From contig JBHGNT010000013.1 in the NCBI GenBank assembly GCA_043228905.1, positions 1,922,001 to 1,986,000 on the forward strand: a stretch of DNA of 64,000 bases. The letters are read 5' to 3'. The notes under the pieces are model-generated. The model saw only the letters and a list, made by a program, of their open reading frames with translations, searched no databases and was not told where the DNA came from. Below are positions 1-11,814 of the stretch, piece by piece. Both the position numbers and the translations under genes were made by a program. Numbering within the stretch: the first letter of the stretch is position 1; every line of letters begins with the position of its first letter. Origin of the DNA: Azolla caroliniana. Its lineage: Eukaryota > Plantae > Polypodiophyta.

Positions 1-2331
1 GATTCGTGGGGCAGGCCCCACGAATGCGAATATTTCAATCTATGGGACTCGTGACATTACAACCATGACGACTCCGATCGGGCTCGTGTGGAGGTGTACC
101 TTACCTCAAGGTGCAACAAACTCGGTGGCACATATGGTGAATGCCATGAACAAGGTCTTCAAGGATTGCATCCCGGACATCACGATGTCATTCTTAGATG
201 ATATTCCAATAAAAGGATGTTCGGATGAAGAGAAGAATGAATCAAAAGATAAGGAAGGGTGTAGAAAGTTCGTCGCGATCATATGAAAGATTGCGATAAG
301 GTGCTCCAAAGCCTCGAAGACGTGAATTTGACATTTGCAGGAGAGAAATCCGCATTCGGGCAACCAGAGATCTTGGTGGTAGTTCACTTATGTGGAGCAT
401 ATGGCCGGAAGCCTTCGCCATCAAAGGTAAACGCGATCCAGGACATGAAAGAAGAATGCATAAACCAAATGGAGGTTCAAAGGTTCCTTGGAGCATGCGC
501 ATTTTACCATATTTGGATTCCGCACTACGCCCATGTCGCCAAGCCTTTATATGGGTTGCTAAAGAAAAGAATGAAGTTGAATGGCGAGACGAGCACACGA
601 ACGCAATGCGAAGATTGAAGAAACTACTTCTTGAAGCTCCAGCACTAAGAAAAGCCGACTATACCGAAGGAAAGCCGATTTATGTGACTGTAGATACGAG
701 CCCAACCGGAATTGGGTGGGTCATCAACCAAGAAGGAGAAGATAATGCGTGGTATGCCATCCGGTTTGGAGAAAAAGTTCTCAGCGAATGGCAACAAAGA
801 TACGCTCAAGTCAAGCGAGAATTTTGGGGTATTCTGTCGGCAGTGAAGATGGACAAAGACTACCTGATCGGATTGGAAGTAATAATTGAGACAGATTGTC
901 TCCCAATCCTCGGGATGATCTCAGGATGTGCAACACCAGATCTAGCTATCCTAAGGTGGATCGCCTATATTAAGTCTTTAAACCCAGAGATCCGCCATAT
1001 TGCAGGGAAGAAGAACGCCATGGCTAACATGCTGTCGAGGGCAAGATTTGAGAATGGTGGTGACATGGTTTCGGAAGATGAAGATGTCACCCTCAACTTC
1101 TTAGAGATGGCTCTACTATCGGCGGAAGACAAGGGCACGCTAACCCTCCACGCCTTCAATGAGGACGAGTACGAAGGAGAGTGGTTACTAATCAGTAGAT
1201 TCCTAAGAACGATGACAACTGATGCTTCATTGATGAAGGAGGAGGCCTTACGAATCCAGAAGAAAGCCTACCAATTCTTCTTGAAGGGAGGATTCCTTTG
1301 GCGACACCCACAAAGAAGGACAGGAATACCACATCGAGTAGTGGTGAAGAAAGAAGAGCAAGTGACGCTAATGACCGAATTCCACGAGAGTGCCTAGGTA
1401 GGTCATAGAGGAACATGGGCAACGTTCGAGAAGATGAAGGAGAAGTATTGGTGGTCAAGCATGTACAAAGATGTACTTCATTTCGTGTCCACATGCGAAA
1501 CATGCCAAGTACATTTGAATATACGTCATCGTGATGAGCTATGACCAACGTACCCGCTCACCATACACTTCAAATGGATGGTGGATCTGGTCTCAATGCC
1601 AATGGGAGTGGGACAAATGAAGTACTTAGCTCTAGCAAGAGAAGACTTAAAAAATCAAGTGGAAGGACGGGCCTTGACAAATAAAATGACGTCAGCTATT
1701 TGCAAATTTCTACACGAAGAAGTTGTCTATCGATACACATGTGTGGGAAAGATAGTTGCTGACTGAGGGGAGTTGGATGCACACGAAGCAACGGAGGTCT
1801 TCGAACGACTAGGCATGAAGCTCTCCCTCACGACTACCTACAATCCAGAAGCGAATGGGAAGATCAAGCGAGGGCATGAACCTATCGTCAAATCCATCGT
1901 ACGAGCATGCAATGGTCGAGTCGAGAATTGGCCACGACTATTGCCCTATGCCTTGTGGGCTGACAGAACGACACACAGCTCGGTGATGGGGTATATGCCA
2001 ACAGAGCTTATGTATGGACAAAAGCCGGTAATGCCCATCGAAAGGACGATCGCCTCATGGATAGCGATACCATGGGAGAACGAGATGAGCCAAGAAGCGT
2101 TATTAGCGGCACGGATAAGGCAACTTGAAAGGAGACCTGAAGATCTAGAAAAACCGTGAAAGATGATGGAGGCAGACTGAGTGAAGAACAAAATTCGGTT
2201 TGACAAGACACATCGACTGCGTCCCAAGAAAATCGAAGAAGGAGATTGGGTATTGGTCTACAACAACAGCCTTGACAATCAACACAGTAGAACAAGGAAG
2301 TTCGCAAGAAGATGGTTCGGACCATATATAG
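1..2331 (+). pseudogene. Degraded Ty3/gypsy pol (RT, RNase H, integrase), non-chromovirus, interrupted by a copia insertion
   Basis: RT motifs LPQGATNS and FLDD; RNase H TVDTSPTGIGWV and ETDC; integrase VDLV and YNPEANGKIKR; GPY motif RWFGPYIV at the break. Many stops and frameshifts. Confidence 0.92.
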
Positions 2332-3221
2332 TGACGGGAACCCAACGTTCCTTATGCGCAACGCTCGGCCACAACCGAGATTCTTTTCATACACAGAAAA
2401 CGGGAAATAGAACACGACACAAAGAGGAGAAAGATACACAGGAGGTTTACGTGGAAAACCCCAAACTAGGGGAAAAACCACGGCAACCCACGGGCTGCAA
2501 ACTGTCACTATGTAAGAATGTACAAAACAGTGAGTTCACGGAGGCAACGACCTCGTGCTCACGATCTTCGCCACAGGCGGCGGTTACAACACAGGCAACG
2601 ACCTCGTCTCTCTCTCTCTCTTTGTACAGTTACGCACTCACTCTTCTTCTTGCACCAACAAGGAAAAATAACAACAACCAACAGTTACTAAAGGTTTGCC
2701 CTAAGTCATATTTATACTAATATGACTTTTCGGCTATTTACAAAAGTAGCCTCGATGGGCTCTCAAAAACATATTTACGAATATGTCTCTTCATCCGGTT
2801 CATACCGGGCCTGCACCATCCGGCTCTCCGTAGCCGAGTACTCCTCATCCGGTTCATACCGGGCCTGCACCATCCGGCTCTCCGTAGCCGGGTACTCATC
2901 CGGTTCATACCGGGCCTGCACCATCCGGCTCTCCGTAGCCGGGTACTCATCCGGTTCATACCGGGCCTGCACCATCCGGCTCTCCGTAGCCGGGTACTCC
3001 TCATCCGGTTCACACCGGGCCTGCACCATCCGGCTCTCCGTAGCCGGGTACTCCTCATCCGGTTCACACTGGGCCTGTATCATCCGGCTCTCCGTAGCCG
3101 GGTATTCCTCATCCGGTTCACACCGGGGCCTGTATCATCTGGCTCTCCGTAGCTGGGTACTCCTCATACCGTTTCGGCGGCACTGTTCTTCTCCCCATCC
3201 GGAGAGACCTGTCTCCCAAAA
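2332..3221 (-). mobile_element. 3' LTR of copia family B
   Basis: Begins TGACGGGAA after TATAG and ends CCCAA(A)A next to the PPT complement AACTCCCCC. Homologous to 15149-15798 and 57161-57870. Confidence 0.88.
2791..3165. repeat. Seven 51/54-bp tandem units in the LTR U3
   Basis: Unit TCATCCGGTTCATACCGGGCCTGCACCATCCGGCTCTCCGTAGCCGGGTACTCC repeated head to tail. Confidence 0.93.
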
Positions 3222-3231
3222 AACTCCCCCT

Positions 3232-5105
3232 TCACTCCGGCATGGGGTGTCTTACTAGTCCGATTCTCTTCCGGCATGCATCCAGCTTGTCGGGTGTCAG
3301 CACTTTGGTCAGCATATCTGACCCGTTCTCGGCCGTGTGGATCTTCGTCAGTGCGAACTCCTGGTCATCTACTCTTTCCCGGATCCAGTGATACCTCCGC
3401 TGGATATGCTTCGTCCGGGAATGGTAGGCCGCATTTTTAGCAAGGTGGATGGCACTTTGACTGTCGCAATAGAGTCGGTATTCCTCTTGCCGTATACCGA
3501 GCTCTCCGATGAAGTCCTTCATCCATAAAATTTCCTTGCCGGCTTCCACAGCTGCCATGTACTCCGCTTCTGTGGTTGACAATGCAACCGTCTTCTGCAG
3601 CCTCGACTGCCACGAAACAGCTCCCCCTGCATATGTCATTACATACCCGGATGTAGACCGGCTAGTATCCACATCAGCCGACATGTCTGAATCGGTGAAA
3701 CCGTCCAGTTGAGGTTTTCCAGAGCCAGATCGGAGACACATATTTGAAGTGCCCTTCAAATACCGGAGTATCCATTTGACTGCGTTCCAGTGCTCCTTGC
3801 CGGGATTACTCATGAACCGGCTCACCACTCCGACTGCGGGTCCAATATCCGGTCGGGTACAAACCATTGCGTACATCAAGCTCCCGACGGCAGAGGCATA
3901 TGGGATCTTCATCATATCCGCCTTCTCTGCTTTCATCTTCGGGCTTTGCTTACCGGATAGCTTGCAGTTTGCCGGAAGTGTCGATCCGACCGGTTTCGCT
4001 TCTGACATGGTGAACTAGTGAAGCACCTTTGTCACGTACTTCTCCTGTGACAACCATAATTGCTTCACTGACCGGTCCCGAATGATGTGTATCCCGAACA
4101 TCTGTCTTGCCGGACCCAAGTCTTTCATTGAGAAGGTCTGGTTCAGATCCTTCTTCAGCATCCGTATTTTGCCTTGGTCTCGTCCGACGATCAACATGTC
4201 ATTCACGTACAGGAGGAGTATCAGGAAGTCCCCTCCTTCGAACTTCTTCACAAACACACAGTGATCGGCCTGCGTCTTGTGGTATCCTTGATCGGTCATG
4301 AAGGAGTCGAACTTCTGGTACCATTGTCGGGGAGCCTACTTCAGTCCGTACAGGCTCTTCTTCAACCGGCATACCAGGTGCTCCTTCCCTTTCTCCACAA
4401 ATCCTTCCGGTTGCTGCATGTAGATCTCCTCTTCCAGGTCGCCATGAAGGAATGTCGTCTTCACGTCCAGCTGCTCTACCTCGAGGTCCATGCTTGCTGC
4501 TATACTCAGCACCGTCCGGATGGAGGTCATCTTTACTACCGGGGCGAATATCTCGTCGAAGTCCATGCCCTTCTTCTGCTGGAACCCCTTCACCACAATC
4601 CTGGCTTTGTATCTCGGGGGGTTGCTGGCATCTCCCGGTTTCAACTTGTACACCCACTTATTTCGGAGTGCCCGCTTTCCTTTCAGCAGCTCCACCAATT
4701 CGTACGTATGGTTCTCATGCAGGGAATCCAGCTCATCTTGCATGGCACTTAACCATTTTCGGCTGTGGGTGTCTTCCTTCGCTTCTTCGAAGCTTTCCAG
4801 CTCCCCCTCATCGGTCAGCAGAACATGTTCTGCATCCAGAAATCTCCGGGGCGCCCTTCTCTCTTTGAGAGGATATCTACGTCTTCGGGCTTCGGTAACC
4901 GGCTCCTCCATTTGCTCTTCATCCGAATCCGATTCAGGGTCTTGACCGGTTCCGGTCTCAGCTTCCTCTACTTCTTCTTCTGCCGGTTCGGTATCCTCAC
5001 CGTAACCGGCTGGTTCCTCGAGTGCTAACCGGTCTCTTGCTGGTTGGGTCTGCTCATTGTAGAGTCTATCCTTACCGGTCGACTCGGAGGTCATTATCTT
5101 CTTCT
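3232..5105 (-). pseudogene. Copia (Tnt1/Tork-like) RT-RNase H fragment, 5'-truncated
   Basis: YKARIVVKG, QLDVKTTFLHG, LKKSLYGLK, LLYVND, STTEAEY and RTKHI motifs, with in-frame stops. Confidence 0.95.
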
Positions 5106-5239
5106 ATGACTCACAATGCATGGAATGCATGTGATGCATGTTTGCCATTTGGCGCTCATGCATCACATGTCACTCAATTAACCTCTAATATGAGAATTTA
5201 CATATAAAACTATAATGATAAGAAAAACATTTCTAGGGA

Positions 5240-5311
5240 AATGTCATGGCCTAGTGGTAAGTCTATAGACTCTCAATGTAGAGGTGCAAGGATCAAGTCT
5301 TCACTTGCATT
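5240..5311 (+). promoter_or_regulatory. tRNA-like Pol III A/B-box cassette (copies at 7774-7845 and 10309-10380)
   Basis: A box TGGCCTAGTGG at 5247-5257; B-box-like GGATCAAGTCT at 5290-5300; partial acceptor stem AATGTCA/TTGCATT; T-run downstream. Confidence 0.65.
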
Positions 5312-5623
5312 GCGTTTGAATATACATATTATATATATACATATAATGTTTATTATTAATGTTATTTATTTATTTTTACAAGGCGTTTCTTCGTCTGGTC
5401 GTCGTTTCGCCGGCTCCATCGGTTGCCGTCGCCGGATGCCGGTTTAGCCGGCTCCGTCAGTTGCCGTCGATCGCCGGATCCATCACCGATTGCTGGATGC
5501 TGCCGGTCGTCGGTTACCGTCGTTCGTCACCGGATACCATCACCGAATGCACTATTACAGTTCGGAACCACTTTTGAACTCATGGAATGTTTGGCAACAC
5601 AATAAATAAAAGTCTCACAACGT

Positions 5624-6808
5624 ATGCCCGAGGAGCACGTGGAGCGCCAAATGATCGAGCGTGCACTAACACAAACGGCGGAAAGCGATGATGAGGAGCA
5701 GTTAGCCAAAGTCGGCAGACAACGGAACGCCGGTATACGCCGAATGGGGATGGAACTACCCCCATTAAACGCGGCCCTTCTCGAAGTTCATCGGGAACTG
5801 GCGAAGGTCAGCATGGGCGCTAAGGATATGGCGATTAAAAATGTCTGGAAGATTGTTAAACTGACCCAAGCCGAGCTACAAAAGGCCAAGGCATGCATCG
5901 TGGAGTTGGAACGTAATGCGACTACGGCGCAACAGGCAACTCAACCAACAGCCAACGCTGTCGAGGCCTTGAGAGAAGAAATTGAAGCCCAGACCGCCAT
6001 TGCCTCGAAAGCAAAACGGGCCGTGCAACTAGCGGAATCGGAGATTGACCGTCTCCGCTCCGAACTTCTCAAGTCCTCGGACAAAGAAAAGGACATCCGA
6101 GCCAACGGCCGAAAGGCAGTGAAGACCCTGGAAGAGAAACTCGTAGCAGAGGCAACACAACACACCCGCACGAAAGAAGAAAACGCCAAACTACGACAGG
6201 AAGCGAAAAAATCCGAAGCGGCGATTACGGGACTCCGAGCGTTATTAGACAAGAAGAAAGCATGGTTCGACAAGCAGCTGGTAGGGGAACAGGAGAGGAG
6301 GCATCATCTCGAAATCTGCCTGAACAATGAAATGGGAAAGCTCGAAGAATTACATTCGAAGGAATCTCAACTATGGGTAGGAATGCAGAGCACTTATGAG
6401 GAAGCAACGGCGGTTAGTAAACAAGAAATCAAAAACCTCAAGAAAACCGTAGAAGAAGCACGCAACCGTTGCCAAGCAATAACCGACAACGTGTGCATAC
6501 TTCTTCAAACAAATCGGGAGAGGTTTATGGTGCAATTAAAAGCTGCGCTAGACAAAGGCTGGATGGTGTGGGCCGCACACGCGGCGGAACTGCATACATA
6601 CGGGGTGGACTGGGAGAACCGAAGGAAAGACGGCCGAGGGTTCTACAAGCTCAATGAGGAAAGCATTGCAACAGTACGCGAGGACCTAGCGCAAGACTAT
6701 CGCACGCTAGCGGACCAACACTCTGAGGAACTCCTGCAACTACTAGACGATTTTGGCGAAAGTCAGGAGGACCTGTTTAACCAGATCATGCAAGCTGGCA
6801 ACACGTGA
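5624..6808 (+). CDS. 394-aa predicted coiled-coil ORF of unknown function, probably a remnant of a longer frame (about 5546-7242)
   Basis: Rich in E/K/A/L/Q with helical character. The same frame looks coding beyond single stops upstream and downstream (E/P-rich internal repeat). Confidence 0.55.
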   Translation: MPEEHVERQMIERALTQTAESDDEEQLAKVGRQRNAGIRRMGMELPPLNAALLEVHRELAKVSMGAKDMAIKNVWKIVKLTQAELQKAKACIVELERNATTAQQATQPTANAVEALREEIEAQTAIASKAKRAVQLAESEIDRLRSELLKSSDKEKDIRANGRKAVKTLEEKLVAEATQHTRTKEENAKLRQEAKKSEAAITGLRALLDKKKAWFDKQLVGEQERRHHLEICLNNEMGKLEELHSKESQLWVGMQSTYEEATAVSKQEIKNLKKTVEEARNRCQAITDNVCILLQTNRERFMVQLKAALDKGWMVWAAHAAELHTYGVDWENRRKDGRGFYKLNEESIATVREDLAQDYRTLADQHSEELLQLLDDFGESQEDLFNQIMQAGNT

Positions 6809-7259
6809 ACAAAAGAGGAATCCATCGTGATACCAATTTCGGATATTGCCGAATAAGAGGAACCTCAACCCATGTCACCAGAAATAACCGCTATGGTGGA
6901 CAACACGGAATGGTAAGCGGAGCCCCCCGTGATACCAGAAAGCGAAACCGCCGACCAAGAGGAACCCCAGCCCCATTCACCGGAGCTGACACCACGGAGG
7001 AAGTTATGGACGAGACGGAACCTCGACCTTCTGCGAGCCCGCCGGCGGCTGAAGCAACCACAATAGCACAAGACGAGCTAGTAGAGCCCGGACCGCCCAC
7101 ACAAGAAGCCAGCGACACCATGGGAAGCCCTACCGAGCAAGTAGTGGAACCATGCAATGACGCACCTACGGACACTACGCCGTTCCCGGAGCAGAACACC
7201 GGAGCAGAACCAAACATTAGGGCCATTTTGGAGGAAGATTAAAGGGATGGGTCCGACGT

Positions 7260-7914
7260 TATCGTGAAGATTCGTCACTACGTGCGGATCATGAGGCGGA
7301 ACCGCTGGGGTTCTGGATCGGAAGGACTCGAAGTACGCACTAGCTTTAGCAAAAAAGGATTTAAGAGAGACTGAGAGAGAGAGATTGAGATAAGATAGAA
7401 CGCTTAATTTTAGATTGAGAGAGCGTAAGATTGGAGCCTTGACTTTAGGTTTAAGAAACAAGATACACCATCAATTGGAGAACGAATTTTCTTCTTCTTA
7501 AATTCTTGAATCATACATAGCATACCTTGATCTTTTTCATCCATCATTTTATAGATGCTCCCATGCATATGACGCATGCGTGGGTACAAGACATGCATAC
7601 AATGCATGGAATGCATGTGACACATGCGAGGGTACAAGACATGCATACAATGCATGGAATGCATGTGATGCATGTTTGCCATTTGGCGCTCATGCATCAC
7701 ATGTCACTCAATTAACCTCTAATATGAGAATTTACATATAAAACTATAATGATAAGAAAAACATTTCTAGGGAAATGTCATGGCCTAGTGGTAAGTCTAT
7801 AGACTCTCAATGTAGAGGTGCAAGGATCAAGTCTTCACTTGCATTGCGTTTGAATATACATATTATATATATACATATAATGTTTATTATTAATGTTATT
7901 TATTTATTTTTACA
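7260..7914 (-). mobile_element. LTR-like segment (family C) inside the tandem unit
   Basis: Minus-strand U5 motif TCCAGAACCCCAGCGGTTCC resembles LTRs A and D. Terminus ...TCTTCACGA(T)A is flanked by ACGT. Minus-strand CTATAAAA near 7550; ATGCAT repeats. The U3 boundary is uncertain. Confidence 0.65.
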
Positions 7915-8157
7915 AGGCGTTTCTTCGTCTGGTCGTCGTTTCGCCGGCTCCATCGGTTGCCGTCGCCGGATGCCGGTTTAGCCGGCTCCGTCAGTTGCCG
8001 TCGATCGCCGGATCCATCACCGATTGCTGGATGCTGCCGGTCGTCGGTTACCGTTGTTCGTCACCGGATACCATCACCGAATGCACTATTACAGTTCGGA
8101 ACCACTTTTGAACTCATGGAATGTTTGGCAACACAATAAATAAAAGTCTCACAACGT

Positions 8158-9342
8158 ATGCCCGAGGAGCACGTGGAGCGCCAAATGATCGAGCGTGCAC
8201 TAACACAAACGGCGGAAAGCGATGATGAGGAGCAGTTAGCCAAAGTCGGCAGACAACGGAACGCCGGTATACGCCGAATGGGGATGGAACTACCCCCATT
8301 AAACGCGGCCCTTCTCGAAGTTCATCGGGAACTGGCGAAGGTCAGCATGGGCGCTAAGGATATGGCGATTAAAAATGTCTGGAAGATTGTTAAACTGACC
8401 CAAGCCGAGCTACAAAAGGCCAAGGCATGCATCGTGGAGTTGGAACGTAATGCGACTACGGCGCAACAGGCAACTCAACCAACAGCCAACGCTGTCGAGG
8501 CCTTGAGAGAAGAAATTGAAGCCCAGACCGCCATTGCCTCGAAAGCAAAACGGGCCGTGCAACTAGCGGAATCGGAGATTGACCGTCTCCGCTCCGAACT
8601 TCTCAAGTCCTCGGACAAAGAAAAGGACATCCGAGCCAACGGCCGAAAGGCAGTGAAGACCCTGGAAGAGAAACTCGTAGCAGAGGCAACACAACACACC
8701 CGCACGAAAGAAGAAAACGCCAAACTACGACAGGAAGCGAAAAAATCCGAAGCGGCGATTACGGGACTCCGAGCGTTATTAGACAAGAAGAAAGCATGGT
8801 TCGACAAGCAGCTGGTAGGGGAACAGGAGAGGAGGCATCATCTCGAAATCTGCCTGAACAATGAAATGGGAAAGCTCGAAGAATTACATTCGAAGGAATC
8901 TCAACTATGGGTAGGAATGCAGAGCACTTATGAGGAAGCAACGGCGGTTAGTAAACAAGAAATCAAAAACCTCAAGAAAACCGTAGAAGAAGCACGCAAC
9001 CGTTGCCAAGCAATAACCGACAACGTGTGCATACTTCTTCAAACAAATCGGGAGAGGTTTATGGTGCAATTAAAAGCTGCGCTAGACAAAGGCTGGATGG
9101 TGTGGGCCGCACACGCGGCGGAACTGCATACATACGGGGTGGACTGGGAGAACCGAAGGAAAGACGGCCGAGGGTTCTACAAGCTCAATGAGGAAAGCAT
9201 TGCAACAGTACGCGAGGACCTAGCGCAAGACTATCGCACGCTAGCGGACCAACACTCTGAGGAACTCCTGCAACTACTAGACGATTTTGGCGAAAGTCAG
9301 GAGGACCTGTTTAACCAGATCATGCAAGCTGGCAACACGTGA
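8158..9342 (+). CDS. Second identical copy of the 394-aa coiled-coil ORF
   Basis: Same translation as 5624-6808. Confidence 0.55.
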   Translation: MPEEHVERQMIERALTQTAESDDEEQLAKVGRQRNAGIRRMGMELPPLNAALLEVHRELAKVSMGAKDMAIKNVWKIVKLTQAELQKAKACIVELERNATTAQQATQPTANAVEALREEIEAQTAIASKAKRAVQLAESEIDRLRSELLKSSDKEKDIRANGRKAVKTLEEKLVAEATQHTRTKEENAKLRQEAKKSEAAITGLRALLDKKKAWFDKQLVGEQERRHHLEICLNNEMGKLEELHSKESQLWVGMQSTYEEATAVSKQEIKNLKKTVEEARNRCQAITDNVCILLQTNRERFMVQLKAALDKGWMVWAAHAAELHTYGVDWENRRKDGRGFYKLNEESIATVREDLAQDYRTLADQHSEELLQLLDDFGESQEDLFNQIMQAGNT

Positions 9343-9793
9343 ACAAAAGAGGAATCCATCGTGATACCAATTTCGGATATTGCCGAACAAGAGGAACCTC
9401 AGCCCATGTCACCAGAAATAACCGCTACGGTGGACAACACGGAATGGTAAGCGGAGCCCCCCGTGATACCAAAATGCGAAACCGCCGACCAAGAGGAACC
9501 CCAGCCCCATTCACCGGAGCCGACACCACGGAGAAAGTTATGGACGAGACGGAACCTCGACCTTCTGCGAGCTCGCCGGCGGCTGAAGCAACCACAATAG
9601 CACAAGACGAGCTAGTAGAGCCCGGACCGCCCACACAAGAAGCCAGCGACACCATGGGAAGCCCTACCGAGGAAGGAGTGGAACCATTCAATGACGCGCC
9701 TACGGACACTACGCCGTTCCCGGAGCAGAACACCGGAGCAGAACCAAACATTAGGGCCATTTTGGAGGAAGATTAAAGGGATGGGTCCGACGT

Positions 9794-10453
9794 TATCGTG
9801 AAGATTCGTCACTACGTGCGGATCATGAGGCGGAACCGCTGGGGTTCTGGACCGGAAGGACTCGAAGTACGCACTAGCTTTAGCAAAAAAGGATTTAAGA
9901 GAGACTGAGAGAGAGAGATTGAGATAAGATAGAACGCTTAATTTTAGATTGAGAGAGCTTAAGATTGGAGCCTTGACTTTAGGTTTAAGAAACAAGATAC
10001 ACCATCAATTGGAGAACGAATTTTCTTCTTCTTAAATTCTTGAATCATACATAGCATACCTTTGATCTTTTTCATCCATCCTTTTATAGATGCTCCCATG
10101 CATATGATGCATATGAGGGTACAAGACATGCATACAATGCATGGAATGGATGTGACACATGCGAGGGTACAAGACATGCATACAATGCATGGAATGCATG
10201 TGATGCATGTTTGCCATTTGGCGCTCATGCATCACATGTCACTCAATTAACCTCTAATATGAGAATTTACATATAAAACTATAATGATAAGAAAAACATT
10301 TTTAGGGAAATGTCATGGCCTAGTGGTAAGTCTATAGACTCTCAATGTAGAGGTGCAAGGATTAAGTCTTCACTTGCATTCGATTTGAATATACATATTA
10401 TATATATATATATATATAATGTTTATTATTAATGTTATTTATTTATTTTTACA
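9794..10453 (-). mobile_element. Second copy of the family C LTR-like segment
   Basis: Tandem copy of 7260-7914. Confidence 0.65.
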
Positions 10454-10618
10454 AGGCGTTTCTTCGTCTGGTCGTCGTTTCGCCGGCTCCATCGGTTGTC
10501 GTTGCCGGATGCCGGTTTAGCTGACTCCGTCAGTTGCCGTCGATCGCCGGATCCATCACCGGTTGCTGGATGCTGCCGGTCGTCGGTTACCGTTGTTCGT
10601 CACCGGATACCATCACCG

Positions 10619-10982
10619 GGTCATACAACTTAACCTTTCTATGCTCTACACATAGATAATAGCTTTTGCTCTGCCTTATATATGGTGGGATCTTTATTTG
10701 TCCTGTCTATGTGGGACATCACATTGTTTTCTCTTTTTCTTTGCAAACTTCATACCCACATAACTTGACACTTAGATGTCTGTTTCCTACGTAGTAAAGT
10801 GTATTCAGAAGCTCTTCAAGACCTCCTGTTTTTTGTACCAAGATATTAAACTTATTTAAAATAGTATCTTTGCTATTATTGCTTTATATTTCGTGAGAAG
10901 AACCACACTCGATTTCGTATGTTCCTTACAAGTTTCACACTATCGCCGAAAATCTTCATGACATCCACCCCCACCAAACCGT
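10619..10982 (-). mobile_element. PPT and U3 part of the 3' LTR of the gypsy element whose pol is at 1-2331 (inverted)
   Basis: Minus strand reads GGTTTGGTGGGGGTGGA then TGTCATGAAGATTTTCG (LTR start at 10963). Joins 14899 once element A is removed. Confidence 0.8.
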
Positions 10983-11087
10983 TGTCGTAGTGTGAATCAC
11001 ACTCTACGTGAAATATGTAAAATATTATATCCGATTTAAAGTACGTATAATAAATAAAATAAAATATTAAAAAAATGTTTATTACGT

Positions 11088-11158
11088 GCATAGGGCAAGA
11101 TTCAAACCCTATACTTCCACGTAGACAAACCCCAACCTTACCATTGTACTAACTTATC
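11088..11158 (-). promoter_or_regulatory. tRNA-like A/B-box cassette in LTR A (also about 14190-14260 and 32321-32391)
   Basis: A box TAGTACAATGG at 11151-11141; B box GGTTTGAATCT at 11108-11098 (GGTTCGAATCT in the solo LTR copy). Confidence 0.7.
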
Positions 11159-11814
11159 CTTCGTGTTTTAAATATAAAACGATTTAATACCTATAAGACC
11201 TTTATTTACGCCTACCTTTATTAAAAAGGTAAGTTATGCATTTTTAGAGTGCGTGAATACTTTATTTATAAGAAAAATGTAAACCAATAAAATTTTACTC
11301 ATGCACATCTAGCGAGCATGAGCATTATATTTAGGAAATAAAAGCATAGTCTAAAAAACAACTCATGCACATTTAGTGTGCATGAACACTTTAGAAAAAA
11401 GCATAGAGTCTATCTATAGAAAAAGCATGGATTGTTAAGACTCTCTCATCACTATATAAGGATGAGGAGCACAATGTAATAGGGTGTGAAATATTTGGAA
11501 ATTGGATATATTTCTAAAAAACACCAATTAATATATGCGTGGGATTCATAAAATAATCTATACTTGTGGGATTCACAAGTTCTTTTTAATCTCTTTCTTT
11601 CAATCTAAATACATATTCTTATCTAAATATTGATTAATCGAATACAATACACTCGTGGGATTCATGAGATTTCTATCTCTCTTTCTAATAATCTATCTAT
11701 AACTATAAACTTGTCTTAAATTCTTCCTCTTCCTAGTCCAAAACCCCAGCGGTTCCCACCTGACTCACGCAACGATCTGGAGTTGAATGGCACGACACAA
11801 GTGGTGAACCCGAT

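Larger units (their letters stand above)
5108..10618. repeat. Tandem repeat, period about 2534 bp, about 2.2 copies
   Basis: Identical 394-aa ORFs start at 5624 and 8158. A third partial copy lies at about 10177-10618. Confidence 0.97.

Noticed and set aside
2722-3258. Repetitive ORFs (SSSGSYRACTIRLSVAGY)n and a CRISPR-like appearance
   Set aside because: The units are contiguous with no unique spacers, lie inside a copia LTR, and stay open on both strands because the unit length is a multiple of three.
5240-5311. Calling the LTR cassettes functional tRNA genes (Glu-, Asp- or Met-like)
   Set aside because: The anticodon and T stems pair poorly. Only the promoter boxes and their spacing are supported.
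7410-7715. His/Met-rich small ORFs
   Set aside because: They are translations of ATGCAT repeats within the LTR-like segment.
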